NCBI GenBank assembly: GCA_046045965.1
Contig: JBJOKS010000001.1
Span: 183,118 to 247,117 of the forward strand
DNA: 64,000 nucleotides
DNA from: Cyanobacteriota bacterium
Lineage (GTDB): Bacteria; Cyanobacteriota; Cyanobacteriia; Cyanobacteriales; Nostocaceae
Direction: 5' to 3'
A program made the position numbers and the translations under genes. Below the pieces are notes generated by a model. That model saw only the letters and a list, made by a program, of their open reading frames with translations. It had not been told where the DNA came from and did no database searches. Shown piece by piece: positions 41,153-51,536 of this stretch. Position 1 is the first letter of the stretch. Every line of letters begins with the position of its first letter.

Positions 41153-41968
41153 TCAACCCACTACTTGAATCGGACCATTTATACTTCCACTCATAAATTG
41201 TCTAATTAAAGGGTGGTCAGTATAATCTATTTCTTCAACTGTACCTTGCCATTGCACCTTTCCTTGATAAAGAAATATCAACCTGTCAGCTGTGCGGCGA
41301 ATGGTACTATCTTGGTGGGTAACAATGCAGTAGGTACTACAGCCTCCTTGTGTACATTGTAAACTGCGGATTAAATCCTCAATTACCGTTGAGGCGATCG
41401 GATCAAGTCCGGCTGTAGGTTCATCGTATAATAAAACTTCTGGACTATCTTTGGGATGATCAGGATTAGACATGATTGCACGAGCAAAACTTACCCGTTT
41501 TCGCATCCCTCCCGATAGTTCTGAGGGGTAAAGATGACCGATATCTCCTAAACCTACCATTTCTAATTTTTCGTTGACAAGTTTGCGAATGCGCGATCGC
41601 TCTAGTTTTGAATTCTGATATAATGAAAAACCAACGTTTTCATCTACATTCAAGGAGTCAAATAAAGCCGCTTGCTGAAATACCATCCCAATACCTACAG
41701 GATCAGCACCATCTTCTATTAAACCATCTCGCTTTTGTCCTTGAATATAAATTTCTCCTTCATCGGGCTGCAATAACCCAGCTATAATTCTTAAAATCGT
41801 TGATTTACCAGTTCCTGAAGGTCCAATAATCCCTATTGCTTCTCCTTTGAAAATTTGCAAATCAATATTATCTAAAACCTGATTTTTGCCAAAGGATTTA
41901 GAAATTCCTCTCAGTTCAATTAATGGTTCTATTCTTGGTTCTATTATAGGTGATTGGTAACTGGTCAT
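41153..41968 (-). CDS. MlaF/TGD3-like ABC ATPase
   Basis: GPSGTGKS, LSGGMRKRV, YDEPTAGLDP; directly upstream of the MCE gene. Confidence 0.9.
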   Translation of the reverse strand: MTSYQSPIIEPRIEPLIELRGISKSFGKNQVLDNIDLQIFKGEAIGIIGPSGTGKSTILRIIAGLLQPDEGEIYIQGQKRDGLIEDGADPVGIGMVFQQAALFDSLNVDENVGFSLYQNSKLERSRIRKLVNEKLEMVGLGDIGHLYPSELSGGMRKRVSFARAIMSNPDHPKDSPEVLLYDEPTAGLDPIASTVIEDLIRSLQCTQGGCSTYCIVTHQDSTIRRTADRLIFLYQGKVQWQGTVEEIDYTDHPLIRQFMSGSINGPIQVVG

Positions 41969-42081
41969 TGGTAATTGGTAATTGGTAATTGGTAATTGGT
42001 AATTTATTCTTATTTCTGAACTCCTGAACTCCTGAACTCCTGATAGCGAAGCGTGGCGTTAGCCATACTCCTTCTTTTAAT

Positions 42082-43647
42082 ATGCAAGATATTGATGTCA
42101 TTGTAATTGGTAGTGGTATCGGTGGTTTATCTGCGGCCACCTTACTTGCACGTTATGGAAAACGGGTTTTAGTCTGTGAAAGTCATACTATTCCCGGTGG
42201 TGCAGCGCACAGTTTTAAAAGACGCGGTTTTGAGTTTGATTCTGGACCCTCCTTTTATTGTGGTTTAAGTGGTTCTCAGAGTTTAAATCCCCTCAAACAA
42301 ATTCTCGATGCGATCGGCGAATCTCTCCCAGTTATACCTTACGATCCTTTAGGACATTATCATTTTCCTGAAGGCACTTTTGCAGTTTATAGTCATGGGG
42401 AGCGTTACCGTCAGGAGTTGGAGAAAATCACCCCTGCTGGTGCTAAGGAATTTCAACAGTTTGAACAGCGTCTTTTGGGACTTTACGACGCAATGAAAGG
42501 TATTCCTACCCTAGCACTCAGGGCTGATTGGCAAGTTATACCTCTATTGTTACAGCGTTATTTACCTTCTTTGGGTAAAATGTTGTTAAATTTGCCCATT
42601 GTGCAATCTTCTGTTGGTAGTGTGATGGATGCTACTATTAAAGATCCTTGGGTAAGACGACTAATTGACCTAGAATGCTTTCTTTTATCTGGTTTAAAGG
42701 CAGAAGGAACAATTGCCCCTGAAGTAGCTTTTATGCTCGGTGAACGTTCCCGTGCTGGGGTTGAGTATCCCGTAGGAGGTAGTAAATCCATTGTTGATGC
42801 TTTGGTACGGGGTTTACAGCGTTTTGGTGGTGAGTTGCGTTTGGGTTGTCATGTTGAGCAAATTTTGGTGGAAGGGGGGAAAGCGGTTGGTGTGAAGTTG
42901 AGATCCCCCCAACCCCCCTTAAAAAGGGGGGCTATGATTTTAGAACCTGGGGTTATGAATTTGGAAGGTGATGCGGAGATTTTAAGAGCGTCTATAGTTA
43001 TTTCTAATGCGACTCTTTGGGATACTTATAATAATTTGCTACGTCCTGAAGATTTACCTGCAAATTATCGCCAAGCTGCTTTAGATACACCAGCGGTTGA
43101 AAGTTTTATGCACTTACACTTAGGGATAAAAGCGGAAGGGTTGGAAAATTTAACGGGTCATCATGTGGTGGTTCATGATGCAAATCAAGATATTACTGTT
43201 CCTGGAAATACTTGCATGATTTCTATTCCTAGTGTTTGGGATAAGTCTTTAGCACCGGAAGGACATCATGTGGTTCATGCTTACACTTTAGAACCTTTTG
43301 CGGGATGGGAACGTAATGATAATTATGAAAATAAGAAACAGGAAAAAGCCCAAAGTTTATACCGGGCTTTGGAGCGTGTTATCCCTGATGTTCGGGAGCG
43401 GGTGGTGTTGGAGTTGGTTGGTACTCCTTTGACTCATGCTGGTTATTTGCGGCGTTATCAAGGTACTTATGGTCCTGCTATTGCTGCGGGTAAGGGGATG
43501 TTTCCAGGTATGTATACGCCGATAAAGGGTTTGTATCGGGTGGGTGATAGCACTTTACCGGGTATTGGTGTTCCTGCGGTCGCTGCTTCGGGTATTTTGT
43601 GTGCTAATACTTTGGTTGATATGGGGCGGGTTTTGGAGGTTTTGTAG
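42082..43647 (+). CDS. Phytoene desaturase / carotenoid isomerase (CrtI/CrtH-like) FAD oxidoreductase
   Basis: GSGIGG Rossmann motif, FDSGPS, GLYRVGDSTLPGIGVPAVAASG. Confidence 0.85.
   Translation: MQDIDVIVIGSGIGGLSAATLLARYGKRVLVCESHTIPGGAAHSFKRRGFEFDSGPSFYCGLSGSQSLNPLKQILDAIGESLPVIPYDPLGHYHFPEGTFAVYSHGERYRQELEKITPAGAKEFQQFEQRLLGLYDAMKGIPTLALRADWQVIPLLLQRYLPSLGKMLLNLPIVQSSVGSVMDATIKDPWVRRLIDLECFLLSGLKAEGTIAPEVAFMLGERSRAGVEYPVGGSKSIVDALVRGLQRFGGELRLGCHVEQILVEGGKAVGVKLRSPQPPLKRGAMILEPGVMNLEGDAEILRASIVISNATLWDTYNNLLRPEDLPANYRQAALDTPAVESFMHLHLGIKAEGLENLTGHHVVVHDANQDITVPGNTCMISIPSVWDKSLAPEGHHVVHAYTLEPFAGWERNDNYENKKQEKAQSLYRALERVIPDVRERVVLELVGTPLTHAGYLRRYQGTYGPAIAAGKGMFPGMYTPIKGLYRVGDSTLPGIGVPAVAASGILCANTLVDMGRVLEVL
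42902..42933 (+). repeat. 32-nt dispersed repeat inside the CDS; second copy inverted at 46508-46539
   Basis: gatccccccaaccccccttaaaaaggggggct vs reverse complement gatccccccaaccccccttgaaaaggggggct. Confidence 0.8.
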
Positions 43648-43908
43648 GTTTTTTAACGAACCACGAAGAAGCGAAGGAAGCGAAGGGAAGAGAGTTTTAG
43701 AGAGATTTTGGGTTGGTGATGATGGGTTATTGTTTCGCGCAAAGGCGCTAAGGAGCAAAGGCGCAAAGAAGAGGGTGAAAGGAAAGAGTATTTCAGAGGA
43801 ATTTTGACATTTGTGGAAAATTATGTGGAAAACTATTGTGTTTGGGTTAGGATGTCGTTACTTGTAAGTTAGAGGTAAGAATCATGAGATAAGTAGTGAA
43901 TATTATTT

Positions 43909-44211
43909 ATGCACATTATCACCCGTCGGACACTTTCAGAATTTTGGGAAAAGCACCCTAACTCACAAACTAGCTTGCAATCATGGTATAAGATTACATT
44001 AAAAGCTGAATGGCAAAATTTTGTAGAGTTACGTCAAAGTTTTCCTTCTGCTGATCAAGTTGGTAATCTCACTGTTTTTAACATTGGCGGTAATAACTAT
44101 CGGCTTATTGTTCGTGTAAATTACAATTTTCAAAAAGTTTTTATCCGTCATGTCCTCACCCATGCAGAATATGATAAGGAGGACTGGAAAAATGACCCTT
44201 GGAATACGTAA
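43909..44211 (+). CDS. higB: HigB family toxin (RelE fold)
   Basis: MHIITRRTL, FPSADQVG, VFNIGGNNYRLI, LTHAEYDK. Confidence 0.88.
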   Translation: MHIITRRTLSEFWEKHPNSQTSLQSWYKITLKAEWQNFVELRQSFPSADQVGNLTVFNIGGNNYRLIVRVNYNFQKVFIRHVLTHAEYDKEDWKNDPWNT

Positions 44212-44605
44212 CAACAACGCTTATCTTGAATTACTTAAATCTTTCCCCCCTCGTCCTATTACTTCTGAGGAGGAATTTTTAGCTACACAAAAGGTTATCA
44301 ATTTTTTGATTGATAAAGGTGAATTAACTCCTGATGAGGAAGATTATTTAGATGTTTTAGGTACTCTAGTTTATGAGTACGAAGAAAAGCACAATACTAT
44401 ACCAGATATTTATGGTGTGGATTTACTGCAAGCGTTGATAGATGAATTTAATGTGCAGCAAAATGACTTAGTTACTATTTTTGAAACTGAGGTGATTTTA
44501 TCTGAAGTTTTGAGTAAAGAACGTCCTTTAACTGTTGATCATATTCACAAGCTTGCGGAGTTTTTTCATATTTCCCCGGCTGCGTTTTTTGAATCGGTTG
44601 GTTAG
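44192..44605 (+). CDS. higA: HigA family HTH antitoxin
   Basis: PRPITSEEE, LVYEYE, SEVLSKERPLT..HI.KLAEFF; overlaps the toxin's 3' end; start at ATG 44192. Confidence 0.85.
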   Translation: MTLGIRNNNAYLELLKSFPPRPITSEEEFLATQKVINFLIDKGELTPDEEDYLDVLGTLVYEYEEKHNTIPDIYGVDLLQALIDEFNVQQNDLVTIFETEVILSEVLSKERPLTVDHIHKLAEFFHISPAAFFESVG

Positions 44606-45610
44606 ATGCAGAGTTTATTTACTAAATATCGTCTATTCTGGTCTATTTTTTTTCTCGTCAGTGCTTTGGGATTGACTTTTTTTATCTCTCTTTCTCAAGG
44701 TGCTGTTCCTTTAAATATGTCCGATTTTTACCAAGCTCTGATACGTCAAGGAGACCCCATTAAACAAACTATTCTCTGGGATTTACGACTTCCTAGAATT
44801 ATAGCAGCTTTGGTTGTAGGGGCGGCTTTGGGTATGTCTGGCGCTCTTTTACAGGGTATGTTACGTAATAGTTTGGCTGACCCTTTTATCTTGGGAATTT
44901 CTGCGGGTGCTGGGTTAATTGTGATTATTATGATTGTTTTGCAAGTCTTCCCAATTGCTATTCCTTTTGCTGCTTGGTTGGGGGCAATTTTGACTTCTGC
45001 TCTTGTTATTTTCCTCGGTCGTGCTGGTGGGGGAATTTCTGTGGAAAGGTTGATTTTAGGCGGGGTTGCTGTTAGTGCTTTGTTTGGTTCTGTGCAGAGT
45101 ACGTTATTATTAATGGCGGAAGATGGTCAGGTACAAATTGCTTTGAGTTGGTTGGTTGGTAGTTTAAATGGTCGCGGTTGGACGGAAATTTCTACGGCTT
45201 GTCCTTATATTATTGTAGCTTTATTTTGCGGATGTTTGTTGGCGCGATCGCTCAATGTTTTGGCTTTGGGTGATGAGTTAACTGTGGGTTTGGGTGTTTC
45301 TTTATTACGTTCTCGTTTATTAATTGGTGGTATTGCCACTTTATTAGCCGCTGGTGCTGTGAGTATTGCTGGTTTAATTGGTTTTGTCGGTTTACTTGTT
45401 CCTCATGCGGTAAGGTTAATTGTAGGCACAGATAACCGTTTTGTTTTACCTTTTTCTGCTTTAGCTGGTGCTTGGTTATTGATGTTTGCAGATTTATTAG
45501 CACGACTCGGTGCAGTGGAACTTCCTGTTGGTTCGGTTACTGCTTTGTTGGGTTCTCCTCTGTTTATTTGGTTGCTTTATCGTCGTGCAGGTGGTTTAGG
45601 TAAATTATAG
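44606..45610 (+). CDS. FecCD-family iron-siderophore/cobalamin ABC permease
   Basis: LRLPRI, RNSLADPFILGISAGA, GLIGFVGL, ELPVG. Confidence 0.92.
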   Translation: MQSLFTKYRLFWSIFFLVSALGLTFFISLSQGAVPLNMSDFYQALIRQGDPIKQTILWDLRLPRIIAALVVGAALGMSGALLQGMLRNSLADPFILGISAGAGLIVIIMIVLQVFPIAIPFAAWLGAILTSALVIFLGRAGGGISVERLILGGVAVSALFGSVQSTLLLMAEDGQVQIALSWLVGSLNGRGWTEISTACPYIIVALFCGCLLARSLNVLALGDELTVGLGVSLLRSRLLIGGIATLLAAGAVSIAGLIGFVGLLVPHAVRLIVGTDNRFVLPFSALAGAWLLMFADLLARLGAVELPVGSVTALLGSPLFIWLLYRRAGGLGKL

Positions 45611-45696
45611 GAGGTGACAGGTGACAGGTTACAGGTGACAGGGTTGATAATTTCTTTAATTTTGACTTTTGACTTTTGACTTTTGACTTGTTAATT

Positions 45697-46473
45697 ATGC
45701 CTTTAGAATTAGAAAATCTCACTGGTGGTTACACTGCTTTACCCATTGTTAAAGATGTGAATTTGTCTTTGCAAAATGGGGAATGGTTAAGTTTAGTTGG
45801 TGCTAATGGTTCGGGTAAGTCTACTTTATTAAAGTTAATTAGTCGTATTCTTTTTCCTCAAGGTGGGGTGGTTTTACTTGATGGTAAAGCTATTCATTCC
45901 CAACCCCCTAATTTAGTTGCTCAAAAATTAGCTCTTTTACCACAACAACAACCTGTCCCTAGTGGGTTAACTGTGCGTCAATTAGTTAGTTTAGGTAGGA
46001 CTCCTCATCAACTTTGGTGGCAATGGGAATTAACAGGTAATGATAAACAAATTGTAGAGACAGCAATTCAAGAAACACAGTTGGAAAAGTTTAGCGATCG
46101 CCTAGTAGAAAACCTCTCTGGAGGTGAAAGACAACGGGCTTTTTTAGCTTTGGCTTTAGCACAAGAACCCAAGGTTTTATTATTAGATGAACCAACAACT
46201 TATTTAGATATTAATTATCAACTTCAGTTATTGGAATTACTCAAAAATCTCAATCAATTACAACAATTAACTATCGTCACGGTTTTACATGAATTAAATT
46301 TAGCCTCCCGTTATAGTTCTCGCATTGCTTTATTAAAACAAGGTCATCTTTGGGAAGTTGGTACACCGGAAACTGTGCTAACACCACATAATATTGCTGA
46401 AGTTTTTGGTGTTGAATCTTTAATTATTCAAACTCCTGTCGGTTTACAAGTTTGTGCAGTTTCATCTTTATAA
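45697..46473 (+). CDS. FecE/FhuC-type ABC ATPase
   Basis: GANGSGKST, LSGGERQR, LLDEPTTYLD, VLHELN. Confidence 0.92.
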   Translation: MPLELENLTGGYTALPIVKDVNLSLQNGEWLSLVGANGSGKSTLLKLISRILFPQGGVVLLDGKAIHSQPPNLVAQKLALLPQQQPVPSGLTVRQLVSLGRTPHQLWWQWELTGNDKQIVETAIQETQLEKFSDRLVENLSGGERQRAFLALALAQEPKVLLLDEPTTYLDINYQLQLLELLKNLNQLQQLTIVTVLHELNLASRYSSRIALLKQGHLWEVGTPETVLTPHNIAEVFGVESLIIQTPVGLQVCAVSSL

Positions 46474-46537
46474 AAATCACCTTTAAAAAGGACAATTTGA
46501 TAACTTTAGCCCCCCTTTTCAAGGGGGGTTGGGGGGA

Positions 46538-47203
46538 TCAACTCCATAACTGATCAACTGTGACAAATTCATAGCCTTTTTGTAATAGTTGGGGAATTAA
46601 AATTTTAATTGTTTCTGCTACATCCTGTCCACCACAAACCCCATCATGCAATACTATCAATGATCCATTTTTTACTTGTTTTAAAACTCGTTTCACAACA
46701 ACAGATACACCTGGACGCACCCAGTCTTCTGGTACAACACTCCACATCACTGGTCTATAATTCCATTGTTGAAATAATTGTAATGTTTTGGGTGTAAAAA
46801 AACCGTTGGGAGGACGAACATCGCGGACTTGTTCAGGTTCTAATTCACAAGCATTGTAAATAGCAACTTGGGTTTTTTCTAAACTCTGTTTCAATTGAAT
46901 TGGGGAAAGGGTAGGAAAAAAATGATGTTCATAACCATGTAAACCTATCCAGTGTCCTCTATCTTTTACAGCTTTAGCTATATGGGGTGAACGGTTGACA
47001 CAAACACCTAACCAAAAAAAACTAGCTGTAATGTTGTAATGTTCTAAAATTTTCAATACTTGGGGTGTGTGTTGAGGATGGGGTCCATCATCAAACGTAA
47101 GTGCTATCTTTTTATTCTGACTATCTCCACACCAAAGACAGTGGGGAAAACTCGGTTGAAGTATGCGGTAAACTATGGGAAATAGAGGTGCAAATTGCAT
47201 CAT
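46538..47203 (-). CDS. Polysaccharide deacetylase (NodB homology)
   Basis: ALTFDDGP, HGYEH, RPPNG, IVLHDG. Confidence 0.92.
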   Translation of the reverse strand: MMQFAPLFPIVYRILQPSFPHCLWCGDSQNKKIALTFDDGPHPQHTPQVLKILEHYNITASFFWLGVCVNRSPHIAKAVKDRGHWIGLHGYEHHFFPTLSPIQLKQSLEKTQVAIYNACELEPEQVRDVRPPNGFFTPKTLQLFQQWNYRPVMWSVVPEDWVRPGVSVVVKRVLKQVKNGSLIVLHDGVCGGQDVAETIKILIPQLLQKGYEFVTVDQLWS

Positions 47204-47230
47204 TGATAATTCGTAATTTGTAATTTGTAA

Positions 47231-47797
47231 TTAACGCTTACTCAGTTTGCGATATTCCCAAGGATCAACAAATTTTTGATCATTCCAAATACCAATCTTT
47301 TGTTGTTGCGCTTGTGCTTCTGTTTGCTGCAATAAATCTTTACTGGGACACTTGCTTAAATAAGGATGATAAACTTTAGCTAAACCTTCCTGTAATAAAA
47401 CTTGTTGCACAAAAGTACCATTCTTTAAACGCACTTCTGCCACTTTTCTACCATAGCGATCGCTCTCAATAATATCCAACTTCACGCTATCTCCTGACTG
47501 TTTCACCATTTCCTCTACTCTTGTTTGTGCTTTCACACCCCAACTAAATTGATTTATATCCCGCACCCTTTTACTATTCTTTTCTTTGTTTGAATGAGCT
47601 ATTTCTGGTGCATCTACACAAGCTAACCTAACTGTAAATTTCTGATTTTCAGCATCTCTTAACACCAATGTATCACCATCACTCACTCTTTCCACAAGTT
47701 CACCAGATCCAGCAAATAGAAGATCACATCCCATCAAACTTACAATAATGATAACTGCACCCAACCAAATCAGAACTTGTTTAATTAATTGATTCAT
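47231..47797 (-). CDS. Thermonuclease (SNase) family, probable lipoprotein
   Basis: DGDT, VRLACVDAPE, DRYGR, PWEYR; N-terminal hydrophobic segment ending LMGC. Confidence 0.88.
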   Translation of the reverse strand: MNQLIKQVLIWLGAVIIIVSLMGCDLLFAGSGELVERVSDGDTLVLRDAENQKFTVRLACVDAPEIAHSNKEKNSKRVRDINQFSWGVKAQTRVEEMVKQSGDSVKLDIIESDRYGRKVAEVRLKNGTFVQQVLLQEGLAKVYHPYLSKCPSKDLLQQTEAQAQQQKIGIWNDQKFVDPWEYRKLSKR

Positions 47798-48056
47798 TTT
47801 CACCACCACACTATTCATTACTATTCATTTATCAGAAGCAGGGAATAGATAAATTCTAAAACTCCTGTGTTTTGCATTTTTCGTCCTACCTCGCAATATT
47901 ACTGATTTTACAAAGGCTGTTAATGTGTAAAATTGATAGTAAATAAATCGTGGTGAGCAGTTAGCTATGATAGTAATTTAATCTTTCTCAAATTTACGGT
48001 ATGAGCCACTGCAATTCACGATTAAACCACTAAATAATTATTCTCACATTAAGATT

Positions 48057-48305
48057 ATGAAACCTATTCACCATCATCAGCGTTGCGATGCTGCTCAAGA
48101 GTTTCAACAATCCCTTACTCAGTTGGAAGATATTTTACAAACAAATTCTACTGATAATCAAGCAAATGCCGAACTTGATTATAGTAACTCTATCAGCGAA
48201 AAAATAAGTGAAAACACATACCACATTGATATGGCTGCTTTAGAAGATGCTGTTGCGGATATTGAACAATATTTGGAACAGAAACACAAAAAACAGCAAA
48301 ATTAA
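48057..48305 (+). CDS. Hypothetical protein
   Basis: 82-aa ORF with ALEDAVADIEQYL, a motif I associate with small cyanobacterial proteins. Confidence 0.6.
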   Translation: MKPIHHHQRCDAAQEFQQSLTQLEDILQTNSTDNQANAELDYSNSISEKISENTYHIDMAALEDAVADIEQYLEQKHKKQQN

Positions 48306-48312
48306 GAATTGA

Positions 48313-49092
48313 TCACCCATAAATCTTTTGTCGCTGGGCTTCATATAACATTACAGCCGCTGATATCGCCACATTTAAGGATTCAACTCCAGGACTGAGA
48401 GGAATTTTGACCTGGGTATCTGCCATTGCGGCTAAATCATCTGACAAACCAGCACCTTCATTTCCCAGTAAAATCAAACTCGGTTTGCGCCAATCTACCT
48501 CCCAATAAGTTAAATTAGCAGTTGGTAAGGTGGCTATTACCTGCATTCCCGCTTGCTGACTTTGTTGAACTGTCGCTTTTAAATCCTGACTCACTGCCTT
48601 ATTTAAGCGAAACCACTGCCCAGCAGAGGCACGTAAAACCTTGGGGTTATCTAAATCCACACTATCATCACTTAACCATAAACCAGACGCACCCGCAGCG
48701 GCCGCAGTCCTAATCATTGTTCCTAAATTACCAGGATCTTGCAGAGTTTCCACAGCTAAAACCAACCCAGTCAAAGGAACTTGGTTTTCTTCACCTCGTT
48801 TTGCTGTCGCAACTACACCATCTGGTTGTACTGTAGTGGCGATCGCTGCTAAAATATCTTCACTCACAATTTCTGCGCGCTCGCACTGACTACAAGCCAA
48901 ATGCCATAATTCTTGATGTGCCTGTTCCCATTGAGGAGTACAACATACTACCTCTAACGGGTAATTCACCGCACAAGCTTCTTCTAACAAGTGCGTCCCT
49001 TCCAGTAAAAATAACTGCTGCTTATGCCTCTCTTTGGTAGAGTGCAGCTTGCGGATTTGCTTAACGAGGGAATTTTGTAAACTTGTTAGCAC
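48313..49092 (-). CDS. TrmH/SpoU family RNA methyltransferase
   Basis: QDPGNLGTMIR, GNEGAGLS, VESLNVA. Confidence 0.92.
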   Translation of the reverse strand: MLTSLQNSLVKQIRKLHSTKERHKQQLFLLEGTHLLEEACAVNYPLEVVCCTPQWEQAHQELWHLACSQCERAEIVSEDILAAIATTVQPDGVVATAKRGEENQVPLTGLVLAVETLQDPGNLGTMIRTAAAAGASGLWLSDDSVDLDNPKVLRASAGQWFRLNKAVSQDLKATVQQSQQAGMQVIATLPTANLTYWEVDWRKPSLILLGNEGAGLSDDLAAMADTQVKIPLSPGVESLNVAISAAVMLYEAQRQKIYG

Positions 49093-49152
49093 AATTTTAG
49101 ATTTTAGATTTGGAATTTTAGATTAATCTAAAACTCAAGAAATATACCTAGA

Positions 49153-49234
49153 TGCGGAACCCGGGACTTGAACCCGGAAGCCTTGCGGCACTAGAACCTG
49201 AATCTAGCGCGTCTGCCAATTCCGCCAGTTCCGC
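49153..49234 (-). tRNA. tRNA-Leu(CAG), CCA not encoded
   Basis: Minus strand GCGGAACTGGCGGAATTGGCAGACGCGCTAGATTCAGGTTCTAGTGCCGCAAGGCTTCCGGGTTCAAGTCCCGGGTTCCGCA; anticodon arm CTAGA-TTCAGGT-TCTAG, long variable arm. Confidence 0.95.
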
Positions 49235-49522
49235 TGGCATTTATTATCTTATCACCAATTTCCTATTATTGCGTAAATCTTGAAGATTGTCAATATAATT
49301 CTTTATAGGGAACAGGTGACTGGGGACTGGTGACTGGGGACTGGGGAGATGGGAAAGCAGGGGGAGCAGGGGAAGTTCATAACCCAATTACCAATCACCA
49401 ATCACCAATCACCACTCACCACTCACCACTCACCAAACAAAATGTAGACAAACCAACTCTTTACTGTAGAATCGAAACCAACTTCAAACCTTTATTATTA
49501 CTCATTTTTTGGAGGTAGGCTT

Positions 49523-50902
49523 ATTAATTCTTCTAGCAGCTTACCAGATGGCAAGTTGTCACCTGAAGCAGACTCCTCAGTTCTGCAAATTTGGGGTGGA
49601 CATTCTTTGCAAGGTCATGTAAGAATTAGCGGGGCAAAAAATTCAGCTTTGGTAATCATGGCTGGAGCTTTGCTTTGTTCAGGAGATTGTCGTATTCGTA
49701 ACGTCCCCTTATTAGCGGATGTAGAGCGCATGGCGCAAGTTCTATCCGCATTAGGTTTGTCATTAAGTAGACAAGGGGATATTTTAGATGTCAATGCTAG
49801 AGAAATCAGCACATCTAAAGCGCCCTATGAACTTGTTACCCAACTGCGAGCCAGTTTTTTTGCCATTGGTCCAATTTTGGCCAGACTGGGAATAGCACAA
49901 ATGCCATTACCGGGGGGTTGTGCCATTGGTGCAAGACCAGTTGATTTGCACGTCAGGGGGCTGCAAGCAATGGGCGCAGAAGTGCAAATTGAACATGGCA
50001 TTTGTAATGCCTACGTTCCTGGTAGCAATAACAGATTGAAAGGAGCGAAAATTTACTTAGACACTCCCAGCGTTGGTGCAACCGAAACCTTGATGATGGC
50101 AGCTACCCTAGCCGATGGGGAAACGATCCTTGAAAATGCGGCCAGAGAACCAGAAGTAGTTGATTTAGCTAACTTCTGTAATTCAATGGGTGCAAAAATA
50201 CAAGGTGCAGGTACAAGTACCATTACCATAGTAGGTGTTGAAAAATTACATTCTACTGACTATTCCATTATTCCCGATCGCATTGAAACAGGAACTTTGT
50301 TACTCGCTGGAGCTATTACTCGTTCAGAACTGTTGTTGTCTCCAGTAGCACCGGATCATTTAATCCCCGTTATTTCCAAGTTGCGCGATATTGGCGTAAC
50401 TATCCTTGAAGAGGGATCAGACTGTTTGCGGGTTTTGCCAGCACAAAAACTCAGAGCTACAGATATTGATACTTTACCTCATCCGGGTTTTCCCACAGAT
50501 ATGCAAGCGCCATTTATGTCATTGCTAACTTTGGCGGAAGGTGACAGCATCATTAATGAATCTGTGTTTGAAAATCGTCTGCGTCATGCTTCTGAGTTAA
50601 ACCGCTTGGGGGCAGATATTCGCGTTAAAGGTAATACTGCCTTTGTGCGGGGTGTGTCAATGTTATCTGGCGCACCAGTTATAGGTACGGATTTACGAGC
50701 ATCCGCAGCCTTGGTAATAGCTGGACTCGCAGCAGAAGGAAAAACCACTATTAAAGGATTAAACCATTTAGATCGTGGTTATGACCGCCTGGATATGAAG
50801 TTACAGCAACTAGGAGCGAAAATTATCCGTGTAGGTGAAGCATCGGCAGATGCAGAATTATGTACCAATAACAGTAATTCCCCAGCTTCGGTATCTATCT
50901 AG
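49523..50902 (+). CDS. murA: UDP-N-acetylglucosamine 1-carboxyvinyltransferase
   Basis: [41 protein letters not shown]; start either ATT 49523 (after GGAGGT) or TTG 49556. Confidence 0.95.
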   Translation: MNSSSSLPDGKLSPEADSSVLQIWGGHSLQGHVRISGAKNSALVIMAGALLCSGDCRIRNVPLLADVERMAQVLSALGLSLSRQGDILDVNAREISTSKAPYELVTQLRASFFAIGPILARLGIAQMPLPGGCAIGARPVDLHVRGLQAMGAEVQIEHGICNAYVPGSNNRLKGAKIYLDTPSVGATETLMMAATLADGETILENAAREPEVVDLANFCNSMGAKIQGAGTSTITIVGVEKLHSTDYSIIPDRIETGTLLLAGAITRSELLLSPVAPDHLIPVISKLRDIGVTILEEGSDCLRVLPAQKLRATDIDTLPHPGFPTDMQAPFMSLLTLAEGDSIINESVFENRLRHASELNRLGADIRVKGNTAFVRGVSMLSGAPVIGTDLRASAALVIAGLAAEGKTTIKGLNHLDRGYDRLDMKLQQLGAKIIRVGEASADAELCTNNSNSPASVSI

Positions 50903-51074
50903 GGTTAGGGGATTGGTATCTGGTTATTTAATGGCGGATCTTACCTGTTGATGAAATATCAAGTTGGTAAATTTCGCCATTAATTTATTGAATTTCCTAA
51001 ATCAACGTGCTATTCAAGTTCGACCAATTGCCAACGGTTGGAAAAAAGCTGTGGATCAATGATCGCTTCACAAC

Positions 51075-51461
51075 CCATTGCCAACTAGAATAAGCTGAAT
51101 TTGGCAGGTAATCAAATTGAGGATATAAGTCCTTTGGCAAACTTGACAAACTTAAATTTTCTGTTTTCAGAAGATAATAAAATTAAAGATGTTAACCCTT
51201 TAGGAAACATAAAAAATTTAAATCGACTGATTCTTACTGACAACCAAATTACAGATGTTAGCCCTTGAGCAAAACTGAATAATTTGAATTTGCTGGTACT
51301 GCGTTTGAATAAAATCAAAGATGTCATGTCAGTCCTTTAGCAAAACTGACAAATTTAACTGAGCTTGTGCTTGAAGACAACGAAATCACAGATGTAACTC
51401 CCCTATCAAAACTGACGAATCTTTAAGAGGTGAGTTTTCCAGGTAATCCCGGTATTAACTA
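51075..51461 (+). pseudogene. Internalin-like leucine-rich-repeat gene remnant
   Basis: Plus strand gives LNLAGNQIEDISPLANLTNL..DNKIKDVNPLGNIKNL..LTDNQITDVSP*..EDNEITDVTPLSKLTNL* with stops and a frameshift; no start found. Confidence 0.75.
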
Positions 51462-51536
51462 ATCTTTGTCTGCTGTTATCTTGTGCAATCGCTATACTAG
51501 CTATGGGAATTATATTTTTTATTGATGACCATAATT

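Noticed and set aside
49093..49330. tRNA-Leu as an integration site
   Set aside because: No integrase or duplicated tRNA 3' end seen nearby; the flanking genes are core genes.
49330..49518. 62-aa ORF upstream of murA
   Set aside because: Mostly translated STRR repeats (GACTGGG, CACCAAT/CACCACT).
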